Source of the DNA: Felis catus
Lineage: Eukaryota
DNA length: 64,000 nucleotides
Direction of reading: 5' to 3'
Assembly: GCF_018350175.1 (NCBI RefSeq)
Contig: NC_058383.1
Coordinates: 29,390,001 to 29,454,000 of the forward strand
Positions 41,411 through 52,495 of this stretch are shown piece by piece. The position numbers were made by a program, and so were the translations under genes. Position 1 is the stretch's first letter; each line of letters begins with the position of its first letter. The notes beneath the pieces were generated by a model that was given only the letters and a program-made list of their open reading frames with translations, had not been told where the DNA came from and did not search any database.

Positions 41411-41472
41411 CGTGCTCCAGCCACCGGCAAAAGGTGTACGAGACCTCTCTTAAATGCGGCCTGCTGAAGAGA
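41411..41472 (-). other. MRTFB: 5' UTR part of the same MRTFB exon (whole exon 41257-41472, 216 nt)
   Basis: Acceptor gtttttaatttgacag|TCTCTTCAG on the minus strand; alternative AGs at 41465-41464 and 41462-41461. Confidence 0.75.
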
Positions 41473-42209
41473 CTGTCAAATTAAAAACGTGTAAGTAGGT
41501 AGTACATTTATTTTGCTCAATTTACACAAAAATATTAAAATGGAAACCCTGGGTTCTAGTTCAGCTTCACTGCTGTGTAGCAAGTGCCAATTCGTTTACT
41601 CTCTCTGGATCTTGGTTCTTTGTCCAACACACAGGAATAAAAGACTAAAAATAGCATTTACCAGGTAAATACAAGTTGAAAAGTATTTTAATTTTTTGTG
41701 CTGTGGATTAAAAGTTACAGTTACTGATGTCATTAAAGATTTTAATGCACCCTACAATAAGATAAAAGTCAACTAATGATGATGGGACAAAAAAGCAGTC
41801 TAGCTTGAAAATATGTCTTAACTCCTACGAATTAAAACTTTACATTAAGTCAACATTCACAGCAACCAGCAATGTCTCGGAGGAGGGCTCCTCCCTCGGC
41901 AGGGAATAGAACTCTTAGCTGCACCAAAATGCACATGCAGTTCACGACAAAGAAACCAACCTTTACTTCAAGCCACTGGGATTTAGGACTATTTATTATC
42001 ACAGCATAACTGGTCCATTCTGATTGACACAGAAATCAGCAAGAGAAATACCAAAGACATAACCACACCATAAATACGTGACACAGGCTTAGGAGCTGAA
42101 CAGTGGGCAACAAGAAAACGGTTACAGAAAGCCAAAAGCTAAAAGGATGGCGGTCCACATGGGGCAGGGGAGAAGCATTTCATAAGACTGCTATCTGCTT
42201 AGCAACATT

Positions 42210-42553
42210 CTGGACCACAGTTCGTTGATGCCTTCGCCTCCTGATGGACATCTGAGTTGTTTCCAGCTTTTGTCAGAAATAAAAATGCTATGAACATTCT
42301 TGTCCAAGTATATATAGGAATATAAGCTTTCACTTCTCTTGGGTAAATACCTAGGAGTAAGTGGACCATAAGGCAACGGCGTGTTTAAATTTTAAAGAAA
42401 CGAACAAAGGATTTTCCAAAGTGGTTCCACCATTCTTATTAGCAGTGAATGAGAATTCCAGGTGTTCTACAACCTCACCAACACTTATGGTCAATCTTTT
42501 TAATTTTAATTATTTTAGTGGGTGTGAAATGGTAACTTAGTGTGGTCTCATTT
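42210..42553 (-). mobile_element. Ancient L1M fragment, left half of the element interrupted by the 42554-50117 L1
   Basis: L1 ORF2-end-like text (KSWKQLRCPS) that resumes at 50118. Confidence 0.75.
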
Positions 42554-42626
42554 ATTTGTTTTATTAAATTATACTTGAGATATTATATTAGTTTCAGGTG
42601 AATAAGATAGTGATTTGATATTTTTA

Positions 42627-42944
42627 TTTTATTTTTTTATGTTTATTTATTCTGAGAGAAGAGACAGAGGAAGAGTGAGTGCGGGAGGCGCAGAGATAGA
42701 GGCAGAGAGAGAATCTGGAGCAGGTTCCCCACTGTCAGCACAGAGCCCAATGCACGGATCAATCTCACAAACCATGAGATCATGACCTGAGCTGAAATCA
42801 GAGTCAGATGCTTAACCGACTGAGGCATCCAAGTGCTCCGGTCCTTTTTTAATAAACAGGGCCCAACACGGAGCTCAAACCCACCAACTGTGAGATCACG
42901 ACCTGAGCCAAAGTCAAGAATCAGACTGAGCCACACAGGTGCCC
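42627..42944 (-). mobile_element. Composite CAN-SINE (partial unit plus full unit)
   Basis: Single TSD tgatattttta (42616-42626 / 42945-42955) brackets both units. Confidence 0.88.
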
Positions 42945-43354
42945 TGATATTTTTATATATCGCAAAACGATCACCATAATAGGTCTAGATACCATCTGTC
43001 ACCATACAAAATCATTACGATATTACTGACTATATCTCCTGTGCTGTATACGACATGAGACTTATTTTATAATTCTTTACCTCTTAATTCCCTTCACCTA
43101 TTTTGTCGGTTCCCTCTCCCAACCACCAGTTTGCTCTTTTTATCTATGAGTCTGTTTCTGTTTTGTTTGTTCATTTTGGTTTTTTTAGATTTCCCATATA
43201 AGTCAAATCATACAGTGCTTGCTTTTCTCTGACTTATTTCACTTAGCATGATATCCTCGAAGTCCAACCATGTTGTCACAAATGGCAAGATTTCATTCTT
43301 TTTGTAGCTGAGTAATATTACAGTGTGTGTAATATTCCAGTAATATTCCACTGT

Positions 43355-43356
<2 letters not shown>

Positions 43357-43390
<34 letters not shown>
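43357..43390. repeat. (AC)n microsatellite
   Basis: Read directly. Confidence 0.9.
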
Positions 43391-43392
<2 letters not shown>

Positions 43393-45156
43393 GCCACAGC
43401 TTCTCTGTCCATTTATTATCTATTGATGGACACTTGGGTTACATCTATGTCCTGGCTATTGTAAATAAGCATAAAGGTAGTACAGCTTTTTGAACTGTTC
43501 TTTTCGTTTTCTTCAAATAGCCAGAAGTGGAATTCCTAGATCACATAGTAATTCTATTTATAATTTTTTGAGGAACCTCCAAATTGTTTCCATAGTGGCT
43601 GCACTAATTTACATTCCTACTAAGAGCGCACAAGGGTTTCCTTTTCCTCACATCCTCAGCAACACGTGTTATTTCTTGTCTTTTTCATAATAGCCATTCT
43701 GACTGGTATGAGGTAGCACCTCACTGCTTTTGATTTACGTATCTGTGATGATTAGTGATGTTCAGCATGTTTTCATGTGCTTGTTGGCCATCTGTATGCT
43801 GTCTTTGGAAAAATATCTATTCAAGTCCTCTGTCGGTTTTTTAATTGGGTTGTTTTGCTGTTGTTGTTATGATTTGTGACATATGGTTGTTGATGTATTT
43901 TGGATATCAACTCCTTATCAGATATATGGTTTGCAATCATCTTCTTGCATTCAGTAGGCTGCATTTTCATTTTGTTAATGGTTTCCTTCACCCTGCCAAA
44001 GCTTTTTAGCTGATGTGGTCCCAGTTGTTTATTTCTGGTTTTGATACCCGTGCTTGAGGAGACGTATCCAAAAAAACATTGCTAAGAATGATGTCTTACT
44101 GCCTTTGCTTTGTCTAGGAGTTTTAAGGTTTCAGGTCTTAATCCATTTTGAGTTTATTTTTGTGCATGGTGTAAGAAAGCAGTCCACAATTTCATTCTTT
44201 TGCATGTAGCTGTCCAATTTTCCTAACACCACTTATTGAAAAGATGGTCGTCTCCCCATTGTATGTTCTTGCCTCATTTGTCATAAGTTACTTGACCTCA
44301 TAGGTGTGGGTTTATTTCTGGGCTCTCCATTCTGTTCCACTGATCTATGTGTCTGTTTTCGTGCAAGTACCATATTGTTTTGATTACTATAGCTTTTCAG
44401 TACAGTTTCAAATTTCAGAGCATGATACCTCAAACTTTGTTCTTCTTTCCCAAGCCTGCTTTGGCTATTTTGGGTCTTTTGTGCTTCTGTGCAAATTTTA
44501 GGATTTGTTCCACTTCTGTAAAAAAACATTAACTCTACCAACCCAAAAGCACAGCATATCTTTTCATTTATTTATGTTAGCTTCAATTTCTTTCATCAGT
44601 GTTTTATAGTTTTCAGAATATAGGTCTTTCACTTTCTTGGTTAAATTTATTTCTCGGTATTTTATTGTTTTTGATGCAAGTGTAATTGAGATTGTCTTAA
44701 TTTCTCTTTCCAACAATTCATTACTAGTATGCAGAAATGCAACAAATTTCTGTGTATTAATTTTGTATCCTGTAACTTTACTGAATTCATTTATTAGCTC
44801 TAGTAGGTTTTTGGTGGACTCTTTAAGGTTTTCTGTATATGGTATCATGTTGCCTGCAAATAGTAACAGCTTTACTTCTTCTTTTCCAATTTGGATGTTT
44901 TTATTTCTTTTTCTTGTCTGATGGCTGTGGCTAGGATTTTGAATACTCCGATGGATAAAACTGTCAAGAGTGGGAATCCTTGTCTCGTTTCTGATCTTAG
45001 AGAAAAACTTTGCATCTTTTCATCCACTGAGTTAGCTGTTTGTCATAAATGACCTTTATTGAGTACAGGCCCTCCCTACCCACTAGAGAGTTTTTATCAT
45101 AAATGGATATTGAATTTTGTCAAATATTTTTGCTGTACCTATTGAGATGATAATAT

Positions 45157-45361
45157 ATATTTTTAATGTTTATTTATTTATTCTGAGAGAGAGAGAGAGA
45201 GTGCTAGCACAAGCAGGGGAAGAGCAGAAAGAGAAACCCAAGCAAAGTCTGTGCTGTGAGTGCAGAGCCCAATGTGAGGCTCACTCCCACGAATCATGAG
45301 ATCATGACCTGAGCCGAAATCAAGAGGTGGACGTTTAACTGACTGAGCCATCCAGGCGCCC
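45157..45361 (-). mobile_element. CAN-SINE inside L1
   Basis: Body plus ctgagccatccaggcgccc head. Confidence 0.92.
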
Positions 45362-46206
45362 TGAGATTATATAATTTTTATTCTTCATTTTATTAATGTG
45401 TTGTATCATGTTGATTAATTTGCAGATGTTAAACCATCTTTATATCCCTGGAATGAATTCCATTTGATTCCAGTGTATGATCTCTTTCAATGTTTTTGAT
45501 GAGTTCAGTTTGCTAATATTTTGCTGATAATTTTGGCATCTGTGTTTATTAGGGGTGTTGGCCTGTAATTTTCTTTTTTATGATGGTGTCTTTGTCTGGT
45601 TTTGGTATCAGAGTAATGCTGGCCTTGTAAAATAAATTTGGAAGTATTTCATCTTCAATTTTTCATTATAATTTCTGGGATAGTTTAAATGTTTGGTAGA
45701 ATTCACCTGTGAAGCCATCTGCACTTGGACTTTTGTTTGTTTGTAGTGTTTTGATTACTGATTCAAATTTCATTTTAATAACTGGTCTATTCAGATTTTC
45801 TGTATCTTCATGATTCAATCTTAGAAGACTCCATGTTTCCAGGAATTTATCCATTTCTTCTAGACTAATCTGTCAGCATATAACTGTACACAGTATTTAC
45901 TTATGATCCCTAGTATTTCTGTGGTATAGGTTGTAATTTCTTCTTTTTCATTTCTGATTTTATTTATTCGGGCCATCCTCTATTTTTTCTTGAGGAGTCT
46001 GGCTAAAGGTTTGTTGATTTTGTTTATCTTTTCAAAGAACTAGCTCTTAGTTTCATTAAACTTTTCACACGCGTGTGGATGTATTTCATTCCCCCACTAT
46101 CACTCTGATCAGTATTATTTCCTTCCTTCTATTAACTTTGGGCTTCGTTTTCTAGTTCCTTTAAATGTAAAGTTAGATTGTTTATTTGATATTTTTCTTG
46201 TTTCTT

Positions 46207-46428
46207 TTAAAAAAACTTTTTTTTTAACATTTATTTATTTTTGAGACAGAGAGAGACAGAGCATGAACGGGGGAGGGGCAGAGAGAGAGGGAGACACAGA
46301 ATCGGAAGCAGGCTCCAGGCTCTGGGCTGATGGCCCAGAGCCTGATGCGGGGCTCAAACTCACGGACCACAAGATCGTGACCTGAGCTGAAGTCGGACGC
46401 TCAACCGACTGAGCCACCCAGGCGCCCC
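46207..46428 (-). mobile_element. CAN-SINE inside L1, with internal micro-inversion
   Basis: TSD tttcttgtttctt (46194 / 46429). Confidence 0.95.
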
Positions 46429-46930
46429 TTTCTTGTTTCTTGAGGTAGGCTTGTATCACTATAAAAGTCCCTCTTAGAACTGTTTTTGCTGCACCCCAAA
46501 GAGTTTGGAATACTGTGTTCCCATTTTCATTTGTCTACAGGTATTTTTTTGATTTCCTCATTGACCTATTGGTTATCTAACAGCATGTTGTTTAGTCTCC
46601 ATGTGTTTGTGGTTTTTTTCCAGTTTTCTTCACATAACTGACTTCTAGTTTCATGCCACTGTGGTTGGAAAAGATACTTGATAGGATTTCAATCTTCTTA
46701 ACTTTACTGAGACTTGTTTTGTAGCTTAACATGTGATCTATCCTGGAGAATGTTCCATGTGTACTTCAAAAGAATGTGTATTTAGGTTTTGGAAGGAATG
46801 TTTTGCATGTATCTATTAAGCCCATCTGGTCTAATGCGTCACTCAGGGCCACTTTTTCCTTAATGCTTTTCTGTCTGGATGATCTATCCACTGATAAAAG
46901 AGGTATTAAAGACCCCTACTACTGATTACA

Positions 46931-47052
46931 GAATGCATTTGTGATGAGCACTGAGTGATGTATGGAATTGCTGCATCACTATATTGTATACCTGAACTAA
47001 TACAACACTGCATTTTAACTAGAAATAAAATAAAAAATTAAAAAGAAAAAAA
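46931..47052 (+). mobile_element. Short carnivore L1 3' end inserted into the older L1
   Basis: gatgagcactgagtgatgtatgg followed by an A-rich tail; degenerate TSD taaagacccctact / taaagttctctact. Confidence 0.8.
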
Positions 47053-49387
47053 TAAAGTTCTCTACTATTACTGTATTGCTATTTCTTCTTTTATTTCTGT
47101 TAATATTTGATTTATATATTTAGGTCCTCCTATATTGGGTCCATACATTTTTACAAATGTAATATCCTCTTGTTGGATTTACTTCTTTATCACTATGTGA
47201 TACCCTTCTTTGTCTTTTCTTACAGTCTTTGTTTTAAAGTCTGTTTTGTCTGATATAACTATAGCTACTCCATTTCATTTCCATTTGCATGGTATACATC
47301 TTTTTGTAATCCTTTATTTTCAGTCTGTGTACGTCTTTACATTTGAAGCGAGTCTCCTATTGGCAATATATAGAAAATTCCTGTTCTTTCTTATCCATTC
47401 AGCCACCCTATGTCTTTTGACTGGTGCATTCAGACCACTTACATTTAAAGCAATTATTACTAAGTATGTTCTTACTGTCATTTTGTTCATTGTTTTCTGG
47501 TTGTTTCTGAAGTTCCTCTCTGTTCTTTTTGTCTTCTCTCCCTCCTCCCTGTGCTTTATTTTCTTTATGTGGTTCTATTCCTTTATCCTTTTGTGTATTT
47601 ATGTTTCTTCTTTGTGGTTACAAGATTTACACACATCTTATGTATACGCAGTCTCTCTTAAGTTGATAATAACTTAATTTTAATTGCATTCCAAAGCTTT
47701 GTAATTTTAGTTCGCACTCCATGTTTTATATATTTGATATCACATTTTACATTTTTATTTTACATATTCCTTAACTAATTATTGTAATTTTAATTACACT
47801 GTTGTCTTTTACCTTTCATACTTGCTTTTCTAAGTGGCTGATCTACTACCTTTATTATTTATTTACCTTTTCTGGTAGGATTTTTACTTTTATACATTTT
47901 CTTATTATTAATTAGTGACTTTGCTTCAGAATTTAGAGAAGTCCCTTTAACATTTCCTACAAGCTTGGTTTAGTGGTGATGAATTCCTTTAGATTTCCCT
48001 TTTCTGCAATACTCCCAATCGCTCCTTCTTGGTTGGCAGTTTTTTCTTTTCAGTACTTTGAATGTCTCATGTCACTCGCTTAGGGCCTGTCAAGTTTCTG
48101 GTGAAAAATCTGCTGATAGCCTTATGGGGTTTCCCTTGGATGTAAGATGTTGCTTTTTCTCTTGCTGTCTTTAAGGTTCTCTCTATCCTTAACTTTTACC
48201 ACGTTAATTATAATGTGCGCCAGTTATTTTTCTTTTTGGTTTCATCTTACCTGGAACCCTGTGGAATTCCTGGACCTAGCTATTTGTTTCCATCCCCAGA
48301 TTAAGGACGTTTTCACCCATTATTTCTTCAAATAATTTGTTTAGTCTTTTTCTTCTCCCTCTAGAACCCTTATAGTGTGAATGTTAGTAGGCATGAGGTT
48401 GTCTCAGAGATCCATTAAGGTATCCTCACTTTTTAAAATTCTTTTCTTAATTTTGCTGCTCTGTCTGGATGTTTTCCAACGCTTTGTCTTCCAGTTCACA
48501 CAGTCGTACTTCTATTTCACCTACTCTGATGTTGAACAACTCTGGTATATTTTTTCAGTTCTACTATAACTTCTGTTTGGTAGTTTCTTGTATTTTCTAT
48601 TTATTTGTTGACGTTTTCTCTGTGTTCATACCCTCTTCTGAGATCAGTGAGCATCTCTATGACCATTACTTTGAACTCTTTCTCAGGCAGGTTACTTATC
48701 TCTATCTCTGTTCTATTAAGGTCTCTTTCTGGGGATTTGCCTTGTTCTTTGGTTTGGAACATATCCCTCTGTTTCCTTATTTTGCCTGTCTCTCTGTCTA
48801 TACGCATTAAGCCAAACAGTTACCTTCCTGAGTACTCAAAGATTGGTCTTGTGCAGGAGCTTTCCTGTGTGGCCCAGATGCACAATCTCCCCTGGCTACC
48901 AGAATCAGGCACTCTGTGTGTGTCTCTTGCATGGGTTGTGAGTGCCTGCCATTGTTTTAGGGATGTGGCTGCTGTGTGTGAAGGGTGGGGCTCAGGGCAC
49001 TCACCCGGCCTGGTTGCCCTGGTTGTCCCAATTGTGGTCCTAGCACTGCACAGGGAAAGAGGGGTTTGAGTTGCTTGTTCTTCCTGGTTGTGGCTTTGGT
49101 CATTGTGTGAGGTGGGTGGGGGCTCAGGGAGCTCACCCAATCCTGTTGCTGCTAAGATGCTGAGCAGGGTGGGTGGGGCACGGGGCACTTGCCCAGGCCA
49201 GTTACAACATGGGGTGGCGAAGAGCACACCCTCTGGTGCTAGGAAGCTAGAGAGAGGGCACCAAAAATAGCACCAGTCAGCTCAGTCACCAGCAAGTTAG
49301 GATGAGATTACAAAAATGGCATCTACCAGTACTTCTGTCCCCAGATAAAGTTCCTGCAAATTCCTGCCTCTCCAACAGCTGCTTTTA

Positions 49388-49620
49388 TTTTTATTATTAT
49401 TATTTTTTAATTTTTTTTCAACGTTTATTTATTTTTGGGACAGAGAGAGACAGAGCATGAACAGGGGAGGGGCAGAGAGAGAGGGAGACACAGAATCGGA
49501 AACAGGCTCCAGGCTCTGAGCCATCAGCCCAGAGCCTGACGCGGGGCTCGAACTCCCAGACCGCGAGATCGTGACCTGGCTGAAGTCAGACGCTTAACCG
49601 ACTGCGCCACCAGGCGCCCC
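49388..49620 (-). mobile_element. CAN-SINE, young feline subfamily, in L1 5' UTR
   Basis: Perfect TSD caacagctgctttta (49373 / 49621). Confidence 0.96.
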
Positions 49621-50117
49621 CAACAGCTGCTTTTAAATTAGTAAAGGGGTGTCCCTCATTTAAGGTCTAGATGCTTTTCAACCTGTTGCTCTTGTGCTGG
49701 ATCTCAGAGTGAATGGGTTTGTATACAAGCCCTTTAAGAAAGGGATCTCCATTCCCTATAGTTCTATGATTCTCCTGGTCTTAATTCCCATTGATTTTCA
49801 AACACAGACATTTTGGGGGCTCATCTTTCTGGTACTAGTTCCCAGGGTTGGCATATCCAGTGTGAGGCACAATCCTTCAATTCTTTGAGGGAGTATTCCA
49901 TATTTGAGGAAATCCCTCCTGCGGTGAGGTCACCCTGTCTGACTGCCTCTCCTTCCCTTGTTGATGCGTCTCTTTTACCTTTTGTTGTACAGGCCACTGT
50001 CTATCTTATTCTCAGGTCCTTTTCAGAGGAAAATTACTCCACACGTAAATCTGTTGTGTCTGTGCGAAGAGGGAAGTTTAGAATCTTCCTATGCTACCAT
50101 CTTGAACCCTCTTTATC

Positions 50118-50960
50118 AGTGTGGTTTTCATTTGTATTTCCCTAGTGATGTTGAGCATCTTTTAATGTGTTTATTTGCCATCTGCATATCTTCTTTGGTT
50201 AAGTATCTGATTAAATATTTTGTTCATTAAAAAAAAACTTATTTATATATTTTGAGAAAGAGAGAGAGAGAGAGAACACACAGGGAAGGGACAGAGAGAG
50301 AGAATCACAAGCAGGCTCTGTACTGTCAACATGGAGCCCAATGGGGGACTTGAACTCATAAATCATAAGACCATGACCTGAGCTAAAATCAAGAGTTGGA
50401 CGCTTAACTGAATGAGCCACCCAGATGCCCCATCTTTTGTTCATTTTTAAAATGAGGTGGCTTATTTTCTTATTATTGTTTTGAGAGCTCTTTATATATT
50501 CTGGACAAAAGTCTTTTATTGGATATGTGATTTGCAAATATTTTCTCCCAGTCTACAGCTTATTGTTTTATTTTCTTAACAGTGGTTTGTAAAAAGCAAT
50601 TTTTTTTAATTTGATTAAGTCTGACCTATCATTTTTTTCTTTTCTGAATCATGTTTTAGTGTTTTAGTGTTGTTGCCAAGAAACCTATGATTAATCCAAG
50701 GTTACAAAGATTATCGCCTATGTTTTCTTATAGACATTTCATAGTTTTCTGTTTTAAAGTCTACAATTCATTCTGAATTAATTTTTGTATATGCTATGAG
50801 ATATGAATCAAAGTTTTTTGTTCTTGGCATAAAGATATATGACTGTTCAAATACCATTTGTTGAAAAGGTTATCTTTTCTCCACTAAATTGCCTTTGCAC
50901 CTTTACTGCAAATCAACTGACCATGTATATGTGGATCTACTTCTTGACTCTGTATTTAGT
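50118..50960 (-). mobile_element. Ancient L1M fragment, right half
   Basis: gatgttgagcatcttttaatgtgtttatttgccatc and similar antisense ORF2 3' sequence. Confidence 0.78.
50229..50431 (-). mobile_element. CAN-SINE
   Basis: TSD ttttgttcatt. Confidence 0.92.
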
Positions 50961-51530
50961 TCCCCAAAAAGAAAGAGCCTCAAAAGAGAAGTCCCTAAAT
51001 CCTGTGTATAAACTCTGCTCAAGTCTCTGGGTGACCCCTAAATGATGCACATGCAGACAGACTCCCAAAAGTCCAGCTAAGGAAAAAAACAAATAAAAAA
51101 CAAACAAACAAACAAACAACAGAATTGAGATTTCAGTTGCTGCTCACCACAGGAAAGGGAGTTTGCAAAAATAAGTTCACCAAAGTTAATTGCTAAAATA
51201 AAACAATATTGTTAAGATGGAACCTCACAGAATCCAGAGTCTACAACTGTCCATCCAGAATTCCATATCCAACAAAAATATCCTTTAATAATAAAGGCAA
51301 AATTGTCAGCAAACACACACTACAAGAAATGCTAAGAATTTCTTCAGGCCTTAGGAAAGTGATGCCAGATAGAAACTTGGATCTGAGGAATGAAAAGCAT
51401 TAGAAATAGTAAACATGTAGATAAAAACCTAAGACTAGTTTTTCCTCTTGCTTTCTTAACTATTACTAATCAAAGTAGCATTTATATAACACTATGTTAT
51501 GGGAACTATAATGTATGTATTTGTACCATA

Positions 51531-51762
51531 CAGTAAAACCTCGGTTTGCAAGCATAATTTGTTTTGGAAACATGTAATCCAAAGCACTCATATATCAAAG
51601 CATATTTCAAGAACCACTGGCCCAGTTGTGATCATGTGATGTTCAGCATCATATACAACTCGAAATGCAAGACACTGTGGTTTATCAAGTTAAAATTTAT
51701 TATGTTTGCTCATCTTGCACAACACTCTCAGAACAAGTTACTTGTAATCCAAGGTTTTACTG
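51531..51762. mobile_element. Tc1/mariner (Tigger-like) MITE, 232 bp
   Basis: Terminal inverted repeats cagtaaaacctcggtttgcaag / cttgtaatccaaggttttactg, TA on both sides. Confidence 0.9.
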
Positions 51763-51994
51763 TATATGACAATGATAGCACAAAAGATGGGGAAGGATAA
51801 CTATGACAACATTATTACATTTCTATACATTATAAGAAAGATGTACAATTTTAACTTGAAGTAACCTGAGAAGTTAAGGTTATTTATGGTAATTCCCAGA
51901 GCAACCATAAAAATATGCGAATAGGGAAATTAAAAAGGAATTCCCAAAATACTCAATTATCCTAAACAGAAGTAGTAGAGGGGAAAAAAGAGAA

Positions 51995-52001
51995 AGAGAG
52001 A

Positions 52002-52037
<36 letters not shown>
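51995..52037. repeat. (AG)n microsatellite
   Basis: Read directly. Confidence 0.9.
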
Positions 52038-52040
<3 letters not shown>

Positions 52041-52485
52041 GACAAACAAGAATAGTAAAATAGTAGAACAAAATCCTATGTTATCAACAGTTATATTAAA
52101 TGTACATGGACTAAACATTATGAATAAAAGACAGAGACTGACAGAATGGATTATAAAAGTGTAAAAACATATGCCTATAAGTGACATACTTTAAATACGA
52201 AAATATAAATAGGATGGAGGTAAGTAGCTAGAAAAAGGCAGATCATGCAAACAAGAAGCCTGAGAAGGCTGAAAAGGCTACATAAACATCAAATAAAATA
52301 AACCTCCAAAAAGATGTGTTAGGTAGGTACATTTGCATTGAAAATGACTTGTTTCACTACAGAATATTAAAACACGGCTCCCAAGTTTCTTTCAACACTA
52401 TGAATTTCATTTCAAATTATTTATTCATATAAAATAAAATATGTTCACAGTAAACTAATTCGAAGATACTGGGGTAACATACTGT

Positions 52486-52495
52486 CCTTATAAGG
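52486..52495. promoter_or_regulatory. CArG box motif (candidate SRF site)
   Basis: CCTTATAAGG fits CC(A/T)6GG, in apparently non-repetitive sequence; function untested. Confidence 0.3.

Larger units (their letters stand above)
42554..50117 (-). mobile_element. Full-length older LINE-1 (L1MA9/L1_Carn-like), heavily decayed, sense to MRTFB
   Basis: 5' end reads gagggttcaagatggtagcataggaag on the minus strand; ORF1 fragment 48601-48807 (SNLPEKEFKVMVIEML); ORF2 fragments 45666-45854 and 44564-44848; degenerate TSD agtgtggtctcattt (42539) / agtgtggttttcattt (50118). Confidence 0.88.
50970..52315 (+). mobile_element. Ancient L1M fragments (ORF1 end, spacer, ORF2 start)
   Basis: PSRIPYPTKISFNNKGKI..LQEML in ORF 51209-51403; attaaatgtacatggactaaac; hosts the MITE. 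Confidence 0.7.

Noticed and set aside
41257..41472. Rolling-circle endless ORF, since the exon length is a multiple of 3
   Set aside because: In-frame TAA at 41450-41452 stops it.
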